Source of the DNA: Squalus acanthias
Lineage: Eukaryota
NCBI GenBank assembly: GCA_030390025.1
Contig: CM059431.1
Coordinates: forward strand, 135,906,001-135,970,000
DNA length: 64,000 nucleotides
Direction: 5' to 3'
Shown in pieces: positions 24,601 through 37,387 of this stretch. The notes beneath the pieces were generated by a model that had not been told where the DNA came from, ran no database searches, and saw only the letters and a list, made by a program, of their open reading frames with translations. Within the stretch, counting starts at the first letter, position 1, and the number at the start of each line of letters is the position of its first letter. The translations under genes and the position numbers were made by a program.

Positions 24601-25468
24601 GCTGGAGTCATACCTAGCACAAAGGAAGATGGTTGTGGTTGCTGGAGACCAAATATCTCAGCCCCAGGACATCGCTGTAGGAGTTCCTCAGGGCAGTGTT
24701 CTAGGCCCAACCATCTTCAGCTGCTTCATCAATGACCTTCCCTCCATCATAAGCTTAGAAGTGGGGATGTTTGCTGATGATTGCACAGTGTTTAGTTCCA
24801 TTCGCAACTCCTCAGATAATGCGTGCAGCAAGACCTGGACAACATTGGGCTAATACGTTGCAAATAACATTCGCACTACACAAGTGCTAGGAAATGACCA
24901 TCACCAGCAAGAGAAAGTCTAACCACTTCCCCTTGACATTCAACGGAATTACCATCACTGAATCCCCCACCATGAATATCCTAGACCAGAAACTTAACTG
25001 GACCAGCCACATAAATACTGTGGCTACAACAGCAGGTCAGAGGCTGGGTATTCTGCAGTGAGTGACTCACCTGCTGACTCCCCAAAGCCTTTCCACCATC
25101 TACAAGGCTCAAGTCAGGAGTGCGATAGAATACTCTTCACTTGCCTGGATGAGTGGAGCTCCAACAACACTCAAGAATCTAGACACCACCCAGGACAAAG
25201 TAACCCGCTTGATTGGCACTCCATCCACCACCATAAACATTCACTCCCTCCACCATCGGAGCACCGTGGCTGCAGTGTGTACCATCTACAAGATGCACTG
25301 CAACTACTCGCCAAGAGTTCTTCAACAGCACCTCCCAAACCCGCGACTTATACCAACTAGAAGAACAAGGGCAGCAGGCACATAAGAACACCTCCACCTG
25401 CAAGATCCCCTCCAAGTCACACACCATCCTGATGTTGAAATATATTGCAGTTCCTTCATCGGCGCTGG
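21655..25468 (+). mobile_element. Second LINE family (CR1/L2 group, APE-RT), degenerate, with a tRNA-like 5' head
   Basis: [27 protein letters not shown] and FADD motifs; B-box-like GTTCAAATCC at ~21663. Confidence 0.8.
22881..23774 (+). mobile_element. Complete non-autonomous Harbinger A derivative (894 bp)
   Basis: Family A TIRs; AAG TSD on both sides. Confidence 0.93.
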
Positions 25469-25469
25469 A

Positions 25470-26576
25470 ACGGGGGTAGACTCCCAGTATAGTCTGGGGA
25501 GGGATGGGGGTAGAATCCCAGTAGAGTCTGGGGAGGGACGGGGGTAGACTCCCAGTATAGTCTGGGGAGGGACGGGGGTAGACTCCCAGTATAGTCTGGG
25601 GAGGGATGGGGGTAGAATCCCAGTAGAGTCTGGGGAGGGACGGGGGTAGACTCCCAGTAAAGCCTGGGAAAGGACGGGGGTAGAATCCCAGTATAGTCTG
25701 GGGAGGGTCGGGGGTAGAATCCCAGTATAGCCTGGGAAAGGACGGGGGTAGAATCCCAGTATAGTCTGGGATGGACGGGGGTAGACTCCCAGTATAGACT
25801 GGGATGGACGGGGGTAGAATCCCAGTATTGCCTGGGGAGGGATGGGGGTAGAATCCCAGTATAGTCTGGGGATGGACGGGGGTAGAATCCCAGTATAGTC
25901 TGGGGATGGACGGGGGTAGAATCCCAGTATTGCCTGGGGAGGGACGGGGGTAGAATCCCAGTATTGCCTGGGGAGGGACGGGGGTAGAATCCCAGTATAG
26001 TCTGGGGATGGACGGGGGTAGAATCCCAGTATAGTCTGGGGAGGGACGGGGGTAGAATCCCAGTATAGTCTGGGGATGGACGGGGGTAGACTCCCAGTAT
26101 AGTCTGGGGAAGGACGGACGTAGACTCCCAGTATAACTTGGGGAGGGCCGGGGGCAGAATCCCAGTATAGTCTGGGGAAGGACGGACGTAGACTCCCAGT
26201 ATAACTTGGGGAGGGCCGGGGGCAGAATCCCAGTATAGCTGGGGAGGGACGGGGCTAGACTCCCAGTATAGTCTGGGGAGGGACGGGGGTAGACTCCCAG
26301 TATAGTCTGGGGAAGGACGGGGTAGACTCCCAGCATAGTCTGGGGAGGGACGGGGGTAGACTCCCAGTATAGTCTGGTGAGGGACAGGGGTAAACTCCTA
26401 GTATAACCTGGGGAGGGATGGGGGTAGAATCCCGGTAGAGTCTGGGGAGGGACGGGGGTAGACTCCCAGTATAGTCTAGGGTGGGACTGGGGTAGACTCC
26501 CAGTATAGTCTGGGGAGGGATGGGGGTAGAATCCCAGTATAACTTGGGGAGGGACGACGGTAGAATCCCAGTATAG
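25470..26576. repeat. Homogeneous 34-bp G-rich minisatellite, ~32 copies
   Basis: Unit GGGTAGA(C/A)TCCCAGTATAGTCTGGGGAGGGACGG; period 34 (25545, then 25579). Confidence 0.95.
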
Positions 26577-29500
26577 AAACATAGAAACATAGAAGATAGG
26601 AGCAGGATAGGCCATTCGGCCCCTCGAGCCTGCTCCGCCATTCGATGAGATCATGGCTGATCATCTAAACTCAGTACCCTGTACCTGCCTTCTCCCCATA
26701 TCCCTTGATACCTTTAGCTTTAAGAAATATATCTAACTCATTCTTGAATATATTTAATGACTTGGCCTCAACTACTTTCTGTGGTAGAGAATTCCACAGG
26801 TTCACCACTCTCTGGGTGAAGAAATTCTTCCTCATCCGTTATCCTTAGATTATGACCCCTGGTTCTGGACTCTCCGACCATCGGGAACATTCTTCCTGCA
26901 TCTAGTTTGTCCAGACCTGTCAGAATTTTATATGTTTCGATGAGATCCCCTCTCATTCTTCTATACTCCAGTGAGTATAAGCCCAATCGACCCAATCTCT
27001 CCTCATATGTCATTCCTGCCATCCCAGGTATCAGCCTTGTGAATCTTCGCTGAACTCCTTCCGTGGCAAGAGCATCCTTCCTCAGATAAGGCGACCAAAA
27101 CTGCACACGGTACTCAAGGTGTGGTCTCACCAAGGCCCTGTACAACTGCAGCAGGACATCCCTGTTCCTCTACTCAAACCCTTTTCACTATGAAGGCCAA
27201 CATACCATTTCCTTTCTTCACCGCCTGCTGCACCTGCATGCTTACCTTCAGCGACTGGTGCACAAGGACACCCAGGTCTCATTGCACTTCCCCTTCTCCC
27301 AATCTATTGCCAAATCAGATAATAGTCTGCCTTTCTGTTTTTGACACCAAAGTGGATAACCTCGCATTTATCCATGCTTCTGCCCATTCACCCAACCTGT
27401 CCAAATCATACTGGAGTTTCTCGGTATCCTCCTCGCAGCACACACGCCCGCCCAGCTTTGTGTCATCTGCAAACTTGGTGATGGTGACCCAAAAATTCGT
27501 GAGGAAGCCTTCGTGCGAGGGTAAGGCTTCCCCACGATCTCTCACTGCGCGTTGGCTTTTTCAGTTCCAGCTCGCACGAACTTGATGTTCTGGACAGCTG
27601 CTGTGCTGGGCTTGCGTATCCCACAGGCGTAGTTAATTCGTGCGAGCTGTGGGATCACGTGACTCAGTTAGAGCCAATGGCAGCACACCATCTTCCATTC
27701 ATAACTTTCACATAAGTGCTGTGAAAGCTATGAATACTATAGCCCCCCAAAAGAACAGCTAAACCTCAATTAAATTTGTTTTAAAAACCATCACATTAAT
27801 AAAATAAGTATAGTTAAATAAATTAACCATTTTAAATAAAAAATTAAATTTTTGAAAAAATTAAAAATCTTTTAAAAAGTTATAAAAATAAACTTACCTG
27901 TCTTTAAAGTCTCTAAAAAAGATATACCTGTTAAAAAAAATTCAAAATAATACTTAATTAAGTACTTACCTTGTTAAAAGAGGGTCTTACGCCTCCTTTC
28001 TTTATGTCTAAAATCTTCCATACTTACCTGCGTGCGCAAAGCACTAAGTGCACTGCCTGCGCGCAGCCTGTAGTGGGCACGCGGTTCCCTGAGGAACCGC
28101 CCCCTTTTCCATTCACCAAGTGCCGGTTTCCAGTGCATGCGCAGTGCATGCAGAAAACCGGCAATTGGAGACAGAATACGCGAGAGTACACAGTGCGTAC
28201 TCTCGCGTAGCGGCACTAATTTTTGGGCCATTACATTTAGTTCCCTTATCTAGATCATTAATGTATATTGTGAATAGCAGGGGTCCAAGGACCGATCCCT
28301 GCGGTACCCCACTAGTCACTGCCTGCCACTCGGAAAAAGACCCATTAATTCCTACTCTCTGCTTTCTGTCCGCCAACCTGTTCTCTATCCAAGTCAATAC
28401 CTTGCCCCCAATCCCATGTGCCTTAACTTTACACGCTAATCTCTTATGCGGGACCTTATCGAAAGCCTTTTGAAAGTCCAAATACACCACATCTACTGGT
28501 TCTCCCTTATCTATTTTCCCAGTTACATCCTCAAAAAATTCCAGTAGATTAGTCAAGCACAATTTACCTTTTGTAAATCCATGTTGACTTTGTCCGATCC
28601 TGTCACTGTTTTTCAAGTGCTCAGCTATTACATCCTTTATAATGGACTCTAGCATTTTCCCCACTACCGATGTCAGGCTTACCGGTCTGTAATTCCCCGC
28701 TTTCTCTCTACCACCCTTTTTGAATAGTGGGGTAACATTAGCTACCCTCCAATCCATGGGTACAGTTCCAGATTCCATCGAATGTTGGAAGATGATCAGC
28801 AATGCATCTACTATTTCGAGGGCCACTTCCTTAAGTACCCTAGGATGTAGGTTATCAGGCCCTGGGGATTTATCGGCCTTCAATCCCGTCAATTTCCCTA
28901 ACACCATTTCCCTGCAAATACTGATTTCTTTCAGTTCCTCCCTCTCATCAGACCCTATGTTCTCCAACATCTCTGGGAGGTTATTTGTGTCCTCCTTTGT
29001 GAAGACAGAACCAAAATATGCATTTAATTGGTCTGCCATTTCTTTGTTCCCCATTATAACTTCCCCCGCTTCTGACTACACTTGATTTCACTAATCTTTT
29101 TCTCTTCACATATCTATAAAAGCTTTTACAGTAAGTTTTTATGTTCCCTGAAAGCTTACTTTCATATTCTATTTTCCCCTTCTTAATTAATCCCTTTGTC
29201 CTCCTTTGTTGAATCCTAAACTGCTCCCAATCCTCAGGGTTACTGCTTTTTCTGGTCAATTTATATGCCCTCTCCTTGGATCTTATGCTATCTCTAATTT
29301 CCCTTGTTAGCCATGGTTGAGTCAGCCTTTTTGTTTTATTCTTATGCCACACTGGGATGAACAAATTCTGAAGTTCATCCATGCGGTCTTTGAATGTTTG
29401 CCATTGCCTATCCACCGTCAACCATTTGAGTGACATTCCCCAATCAATCCTACCCAATTCGCGCCTCATACCATCGTAGTTTCCTTTATTTAAATTCAGG

Positions 29501-30022
29501 ACCCAAGTCTCTGATTCAACTACTTCACTCTCCATCCTAATGAAGAATTCTATCATATTATGATCACTCTGACCCAAGGGGCCTCGTCCAAAAAGATTGC
29601 TCATTAATCCTTTCTCGTTACATAATACCCACTCTAAGATGGCCTGATCTCTGGTTGGTTCCTCAACATATTGTTCCAGAAAACCATCCCGTAAACATTC
29701 TAGGAATTCCTCCTCCACAGTATTTTTACTAATTTGGTTAACCCAATCTATATGTAAATTAAAGTCACCCATGATGACTGCTGTGCCCTTACTGCATGCT
29801 TCTCTAATTTCCCTTTTAATGCCGTCCCCAACATCCGTATTACTGTGTGGAGGTCTATACACCACTCCCACTAACGTTTTCTGCCCCTTGTTATTTCTCA
29901 GTTCAACCCATACAGATTCCGCATCATCAGAGCTAATATCCTTCCTTTCAATTGTGTTAATCCCCTCTTTAACCAGCAATGCTACCCCACCTCCCTTTCT
30001 TTTTTGCCTATCTTTCCTAAAT
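26577..30022 (-). mobile_element. 5'-truncated CR1 inserted in the minisatellite; close relative of the 31480 copy
   Basis: ORF2 motifs in ORFs 26768, 28113 and 28981; reverse tail (ATAGAAAC)n. Confidence 0.93.
27486..28229 (-). mobile_element. Divergent hairpin-family MITE within the CR1 RT domain
   Basis: TIRs GACCCAAAAATT / AATTTTTGGGCC; interrupts KGTKCN^ISKFADD. Confidence 0.88.
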
Positions 30023-31479
30023 ATAGCCTGGGGAGGGACGGGGGTAGAATCCCAGTATTGCCTGGGGAGGGACGGGGGTAGACTCCCAGTATAGTCTGGG
30101 GAGGGACGGGGGTAGACTCCCAGTATAGTCTGGGGAGGGACAGGGGTATACCCCCAGTATAACCTGGGGAGGGACGGGGGTAGACTCCCAGCATAGTCTG
30201 GGGAGGGATGGGGGTAGACTCCCAGTATAGTCTGGGGAGGGACAGGGGTAGAATCCCAGTATAACCTGGGCAGGGACGGAGGTAGACTCCCAGTATAACC
30301 TGGGGAGGGACGGGGGTAGACTCCCAGTATAACCTGGGGAGGGACGGGGGTAGACTCCCAGAAAAGTCTGGGGAGGGACGGGGGTAGACTCCCAGTATAG
30401 TCTGGGGAGGGACGGGGGTAGAATCCCAGTATAAACTGGGGAGGGACGGGGGTAGACTCCCAGTATAGTCTGGGGAGGGACGAGGGTAGAATCCCAGTAT
30501 AAACTGGGGAGGGACAGGGGTAGACTCCCAGTATAGTCTGGGGAGGGACGGGGGTAGACTCCCAGTATAGTCTGGGGAGGGACGGGGGTAGACTCCCAGT
30601 ATAGTCTGGGGACGGACGGGGGTAGAATCCCAGTTTAACCTGGGGAAGTAATGAAGGAGAATGCTGACATAATCTGAGGAAGGAATGATGGAGAGGAATG
30701 TGTAACCTGGGGAAGGAAGGATGAAGAACAAACCCAGTATAAACTGGGGAAGGAAGGAAGGAAGGAGAATAATCCCAGTATAACCTTGAATTGAAGCAGG
30801 GTAAAGAATGCCAGTATAGCATGTGGAAGGAAGGAGGGAGAAGAATTCCAGGATCACCTGGGGAAGGAAGGAGGAGAGAATCACAGTCTAACCTGGGGAA
30901 GGAAGGAGGGGAGAATCACAGTCTAACCTGGGGAAGGAAGGAGGAAGAATGCCGATATAAATTGGGGAAAAATGGAGGGGAAAAAAATCCCATTAATCCT
31001 TGAAAAGCCAGGTGGGTGAAGAATCTCAGTATAACCTGGTTAAGCAAGGAGGGAGAAAAATCCCAGTATAGTTGAGGACGGAAGCACGGAGTAGGGTCCT
31101 AGTATAAACCTGCAGAAGGAATGGGTGATAATGCCAGTAGGTCCATGGGAAGGAAGGAGGAATACGAATCCCAGTATAAACTGGGGAAGGAAAGATGGAT
31201 AAGGATCCCAGTATAACTTAGGGAAGGAAGGAAGAAAATGACAGTATAATCTATTAATGGAAGGAGGAAAAAATGCCAGTACGACCTTGGGAAGGAATGA
31301 GGGAAACTGCCAGTAGATCCATGGGAAGGAATGAGGGAGACTAATCCCAGTATAACCTGAAGAAGGAAGGAGCAAATTTGCCAGCATAACCTGCAGAAGG
31401 AAGGAGGGAAAATCATAGTATAACCTGGGGAAGGAGGGAGCAAGTTGGCCAATATAACCTGCGAAGGAAGGAGGGAGTA
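30023..31479. repeat. 34-bp minisatellite: ~18 homogeneous copies to ~30645, then degenerate units (resumes 36031-36180)
   Basis: Same unit as 25470, grading into the GGAAGGAAGG variant. Confidence 0.9.
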
Positions 31480-31790
31480 GAGGCGGCAGACCTGGGTGGA
31501 GCGGCAGCGGCAAGGCGGAGCAGATAAAAGAGGCAGCGGCGACCAGGTAGGCCCACAGAGGCAGCGGAACTGGGTGGAGCGGCAGTGGCGAGGCGGAGCA
31601 GATAAAAGAGGCGGCGGCGACCAGGTAGGCCCACAGAGGCGGCGGACCTGGGTGGAGCGGCAGCGGCGAGGCGGAGCAGATAAAAGAGGCGGCGGCGACC
31701 AGGTAGGCCCACAGAGGCGGCGGACCTGGGTGGAGCGGCAGCGGCGAGGCGGAGCAGATAAAAGAGGCGGCGGCGTCCAGGTAGGCTTAC
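31480..31790 (+). repeat. ~4 x 78-bp CpG-rich monomers at the CR1 5' end
   Basis: 26-aa periodicity in ORFs 31413 and 31496. Confidence 0.9.
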
Positions 31791-32056
31791 CAATCTGAGC
31801 CCCCAGAGCGGGAGAGAGAGAAGTAAAAAATAATCAAAGTGTGACGTCACCGGAAAGCAGGTAAGTGATTGGTTGGTGAGTATTTCTCTCTTTCTCCTTT
31901 TTCCATACTTAAATTCTGTGGTTTATAGTTTCTAGAGTCTCTGTGGTGTAGCGGGGACTGCTGTTAAGCAAGGGTCCATAAGTATATCATTTAATTGAAG
32001 TGAAATTGGTGGGATTCATTTAGTTTAATTTTAATTAATTAATTAAAGGGTAAGTC

Positions 32057-32996
32057 ATGGCAGGAGAGCTCCGCCCCGTGATATGCTCCTCCTGCTATAT
32101 GTGGGAAACCAGGGACGCTTCCTGTATCCCTGACGACCATGTGTGTGGGAAATGTATCCAGCTGCAGCTACTGACGGACCGCATTGCGGTGCTGGAGCTG
32201 CGGATGGATGCATATTGGAGCATTCGCGACGCTGAGAACGTCGTGGATAACACGTTTAGTGAGTTGGTCACACCGCAGGTAAAGGGTGTACAGGCAGGAA
32301 GTGAATGGGTGACCACCAGGCAGAGTAAGAGGTGCAGGCAGGTAGTGCATGGGTCCCCTGTGGCCATCCCCCTCTCAAACAGATATACCACTTTGGATGC
32401 TGTTGGGGGGGATGACTTATCAGGGGAAGGTGGCAGCAGCCAACTTCCTGGCACCATGGGTGGCTCTGCTGCACAGGCTGGGAGGAAAAAGTGTGGAAGA
32501 GCTATAGTGATAGGGGATTCAATTGTAAGGGGAATAGATAGGTGTTTCTGCGGCCGCAAATGAGACTCCAGGATGGTGTGTTGCCTCCCTGGTGCAAGGG
32601 TCAAGGACGTCTCGGAGCGGCTACAGAACATTTTGGAGGGGGAGGGCGAACAGCCAGTTCATAGGCATCAACGATATAGGTAAAAAACGGGATGAGGTCC
32701 TAAAAGCAGAATATAGGGAGTTAGGAGGTAAATTAAAAAAGAGGACCTCAAAGGTAGTAATCTCAGGATTGCTACCAGTGCCACGTGCTAGTCAGAGTAG
32801 AAATAGGAGGATATTTCAAATGAATACGTGGCTAGAGGAATGGTGCAAGGGGGAGGGATTCAAATTCCTTGGACATTGGAACCGGTTCTGGGGGAGGTGG
32901 GACCAGTACAAACGGGACGGTCTGCACCTGGGCAGGGCCGGGACCGATGTCCTAGGGGGAGTGTTTGCGAGTGCTGTTGGGGAGGGTTTAAACTAA
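32057..32996 (+). pseudogene. CR1 ORF1 (CxxC Zn-finger, leucine zipper, SGNH/GDSL esterase)
   Basis: CSSC...CGKC, IGDSIVRG and DGLHL motifs; internal stop at 32561 and a small deletion near 32660. Confidence 0.9.
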
Positions 32997-33118
32997 AGTG
33001 GCAGGGGGTTGGGTCCCTGAGATGGGAGACAGAGGAAAGGGAAACAAGGATAAAAGCTAAAGACAGGAAGGAGAAAAACAAAAGTAGAAGGCAAAGAACT
33101 CAACGGTTTAAATGAAAC

Positions 33119-35927
33119 ATGGTCACAGTAAATAATAATTCATATAGGTCAGAGAGCGTTAAAAAAACAAGCCTGAAGGCTTTGTGTCTTAATGCAAGGA
33201 GCATTCGGAACAAGATGGATGAATTAGCTGCGCAAATAGAGGTAAATGAATACGATTTGATTGGGATTACAGAAACCTGGCTCCAGGGTGGCCAAGGCTG
33301 GGAACACAACATCCAGGGTTATTCAATATTTAGGAAAGATAGGCAAAAAAGAAAGGGAGGTGGGGTAGCATTGCTGGTTAAAGAGGGAATTAACACAATT
33401 GAAAGGAAGGCTATTAGCTCTGATGATGTGGAATCTGTATGGGTAGAACTGAAAAATAACAAGGGGCAGAAAACGTTAGTGGGAGTGGTATATAGACCTC
33501 CAAACAGTAATACGGAGGTTGGGGACGGCATTAAAAGGAAAATTAGAGAAGCATGCAGTAAGGGCACAGCAGTCATCATGGGTGACTTTAATTTACATAT
33601 AGATTGGGCTAACCAAATTAGTAAAAATACTGTGGAGGAGGAATTCCTAGAATGTTTACGAGATGGTTTTCTGGAACAATATGTCGAGGAACCAACCAGA
33701 GATCAGGCCATCTTAGACTGGGTATTATGTAACGAGAAAGGATTAATTAGCAATCATGTTGTACGAGGCCCCTTGGGTCAGAGTGATCATAATATGATAG
33801 AATTCTTCATTAGGATGGAGAGTGAAGTAGTTGAATCAGAGACTAGGGTCCTGAATTTAAATAAAGGAAACTACGATGGTATGAGGCGCGAATTGGGTAG
33901 GATTGATTGGGGAATGGCACTCAAGGGGTTGACGGTGGATAGGCAATGGCAAACATTCAAAGACTGCATGGATGAACTACAGAATTTGTTCATCCCAGTG
34001 TGGCATAAGAATAAAACAAAAAGGGTGACTCAACTGTGGCTAACAAGGGAAATTAGGGATAGCATAAGATCCAAGGAGAGGGCATATAAATTGGCCAGAA
34101 AAAGCAGTAACCCTGAGGATTGGGAGCAGTTTAGGATTCAACAAAGGAGGACAAAGGGATTAATTAAGAAGGGGAAAATAGAATATGAAAGTAAGCTTGC
34201 TGGGAACATAAAAACTGACTGTAAGAGCTTTTATAGATATGTGAAGAGAAAAAGATTAGTGAAATCAAGTGTAGGTCCCTTGCAGTCAGAAGTGGGGGAA
34301 GTTATAATGGGGAACAAAGAAATGGCAGACCAATTAAATGCATATTTTGGTTCTGTCTTCACAAAGGAGGACACAAATAACCTCCCAGAGATGTTGGAGA
34401 ACATACAGTCTGATGAAAGGGAGGAACTGAAAGAAATCAGTATTTGCAGGGAAATGGTGTTAGGGAAAATGACGGGATTGAAGGCCGATAAATCCCCAGG
34501 GCCTGATAATCTACATCCTAGGGTACTTAAGGAAGTGGCCCTCGAAATAGTAGATGCATTGCTGATCATCTTCCAACATTCGATGGAATCTGGAACTGTA
34601 CCCATGGATTGGAGGGTAGCTAATGTTACCCCACTATTCAAAAAGGGTGGTAGAGAGAGAGCGGGGAATTACAGACTGACATCGGTATTTGGGAAAATGC
34701 TAGTGTCCATTATAAAGGATGTAATAGCTGAGCACTTGAAAAACAGTGACAGGATCGGACAAAGTCAACATGGATTTACAAAAGGTAAATCGTGCTTGAC
34801 TAATCTACTGGAATTTTTTGAGGATGTAACTGGTAAAATAGGCTTTCGATAAGGTCCCGCATAAGAGATTAGCGTGTAAAGTTAAGGCACATGGGATTGG
34901 GGGCAAGGTATTGACTTGGATAGAGAACTGGTTGGCGGACAGAAAGCAGAGAGTAGGAATTAATGGGTCTTTTTCCGAGTGGCAAGCAGTGACTAGTGGG
35001 GTACCACAGGGATCGGTCCTTGGACCCCAGCTATTCACAATATACATTAATGATCTAGATAAGGGAACTAAATGTAATATCTCCAAGTTTGCAGATGACA
35101 CAAAGCTGGATGGGAGTGTGTGCTGTGAGGAGGATACCGAGAAACTCCAGGATGATTTGGACAGGTTGGGTGAGTGGGCAGAAGCGTGGCAGATGCAATA
35201 TAACGTGGATAAATGCGAGGTTATCCACTTTGGTGTCAAAAACAGAAAGGCAGACTATTATCTGAATGGCAATAGATTGGGAGAAGGGGAAGTGCAACGA
35301 GATCTGGGTGTCCTTGTGCACCAGTCGCTGAAAGTAAGCATGCAGGTGCAGCAGGCGGTGAAGAAGGCAAATGGTATGTTGGCCTTCATAGCGAAAGGGT
35401 TTGAGTATAGGAACAGGGATGTCCTGCTGCAGTTGTACAGGGCCTTGGTGAGACCACACCTTGAGTACTGTGTGCAGTTTTGGTCGCCTTATCTGAGGAA
35501 GGATGTTCTTGCCATGGAAGGAGTTCAGCGAAGATTCACAAGGCTGATACCTGGGATGGCAGGAATGACATATGAGGAGAGATTGGGTCGATTGGGCTTA
35601 TATTCGCTGGAGTATAGAAGAATGAGAGGGGATCTCATCGAAACATATAAAATTCTGACAGGTCTGGACAAACTAGATGCAGGAAGAATGTTCCCGATGG
35701 TCAGAGAGTCCAGAGCCAGGGGTCATAATCTAAGGATAACGGGTAAGCCATTTAGGACAGAAATGAGGAAGAATTTCTTCACCCAGAGAGTGGTGAACCT
35801 GTGGAATTCTCTACCACAGAAGGTAGTTGAGGCCAAGTCATTAAATATATTCAAGAATGAGTTAGATATATTTCTTAAAGCTAAAGGTATCAAGGGATAT
35901 GGGGAGAAGGCAGGTACAGGGTACTGA
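33119..35927 (+). pseudogene. CR1 ORF2 (AP endonuclease + reverse transcriptase)
   Basis: 577-aa and 338-aa ORFs separated by a deletion/frameshift near 34840. Confidence 0.93.
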
Positions 35928-36371
35928 GTTTGGCTGATCAGCCATGATCTCATCGAATGGCGGAGCAGGCTCGAGGGGCCGAATGGCCTACTCCTGCTCC
36001 TATCTTCTATGTTTCTATGTTTCTATGTTTCCAGTATAACCAGGAGAACGATGAGTGAGAATCCCAGTATAACCTGGGGTAGGAAGGAGGGAGAAGAATG
36101 CCAGTATAATCTGAGGATGATTAGGAGGGACACAAATGGTAGTATAACCTGGAAGGGGGGAGGAGAAAAATGCCAGTAAACCTTTTTGTATCTATGCACT
36201 ACTTTTTTGCTGATTTGTGTACATGGACACATAACACCCTTTGCTCCTCCACAGCTCCTAGTCTCGCATCTTGAACAAAATAGTCTAATTTGTCTTTCTC
36301 AGATCCACAGTCAATGACCTCAGACTTCCCCATATTGAACTCTGTTTTCCTTACTTTTGGCCATTCACTAT

Positions 36372-36830
36372 TGGAATCATAGAATCATAGAAATTTACGG
36401 CACAGAAGGAGGCCATTCAGCCCATTGTGTCTGCCAGCTAAAAAAGAGCTAGCCTGCCTAATCCCATTTTCCAGCTCTTGGTCCGTAGCCCTGCAGGTTA
36501 CGGCACTTCTAGTGCCTATCCAAGTACTTTTTAAATGTGATGAGGGTTTCTGCCTCTACCACCCTTTCAGGCAATGCAATCCAGACCCACACTGCCCTCT
36601 GGATGAAAAGATTTCTCCTCAACTCCCCTTTAATTCTTCTACCAGTTACTTTAAATCTGTGCCGCCTGGTTATTGACCTCTCTGCTGAAGGAAATAGGTC
36701 CTTCCTATCCACTCTGTATAGGCCTCATATAATTTTATACACCCTAATTAGGTCCCCCCTCAGTCTCCTCTGTTCCAAAGAAAACAACCCCAGCCGATCC
36801 AATCCAATCATAGCTAAAATTCTCCAGTCT
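36372..36830 (-). mobile_element. CR1 3' fragment
   Basis: ORF 36509; reverse tail ATCATAGA. Confidence 0.8.
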
Positions 36831-36945
36831 TGGGTTCATCTCCCTTCTAGATCTTTAGCCAATGGTTTTAAATCTATGACCTCTAGTTATTGAACGACTC
36901 ACCAGAGGGAACAGTCTTTCTCTATCTACTCAATCAAAACCCCTC
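36830..36945 (-). mobile_element. CR1 fragment that continues at 50033..51355
   Basis: Joining the flanks restores ...VFKKMEGF... on the minus strand. Confidence 0.75.
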
Positions 36946-37387
36946 GGGGGAGAAATTGAGTGCCTTTGCGCCTCTCATTAGCGTCTCCGGGGGCACCAAC
37001 GAGGCGCTACCAGCTTTGCGACTGGGAGCGGTGCAAGTACCGACAGCTGCGAGATTGAGCTGGAGGTTTGCATCATCCAGGTGCGCAGTGCCCTGGCAGC
37101 GCCCTGGCTCAGAAATTCACTCTCACGCCCTGCCTGAGCGCCTGCCATTAGCAACGACAGGTACAGGAGGCGGTTTGCAGTCAGATGAGTGCTGGAGGAG
37201 CGCTATATAAAGGGGTCAACTTCCGGGTATTTTTTGTCTGCAAACAATGCTGCCTTGTCAGTTTGACACAAGCAGACAGGCGTTTTGACCCATTTGACAG
37301 TTTTCAACTTGAAGGAGTATTCTGGCTGAGAAAAATGTATCACTTTCATTTGGGTTACATTTGATAGTGCAACATTTCCATCATTTA

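Larger units (their letters stand above)
31480..36030 (+). mobile_element. Full-length CR1 LINE (defective)
   Basis: GC-rich 5'UTR, ORF1, ORF2, 3'UTR and (TTCTATGT)n tail. Confidence 0.95.

Noticed and set aside
25179..26654. 491-aa proline-rich ORF (also the N-terminus of the 613-aa ORF and the 300-aa ORF at ~30 kb)
   Set aside because: Translation of a stop-free strand of the 34-bp minisatellite; not a gene.
25470..30645. CRISPR-like array
   Set aside because: Units are head-to-tail without unique spacers, there are no cas genes, and the context is eukaryotic.
34231..35459. Antisense ORFs over CR1 and transposase genes
   Set aside because: Shadow frames of the real coding strand.
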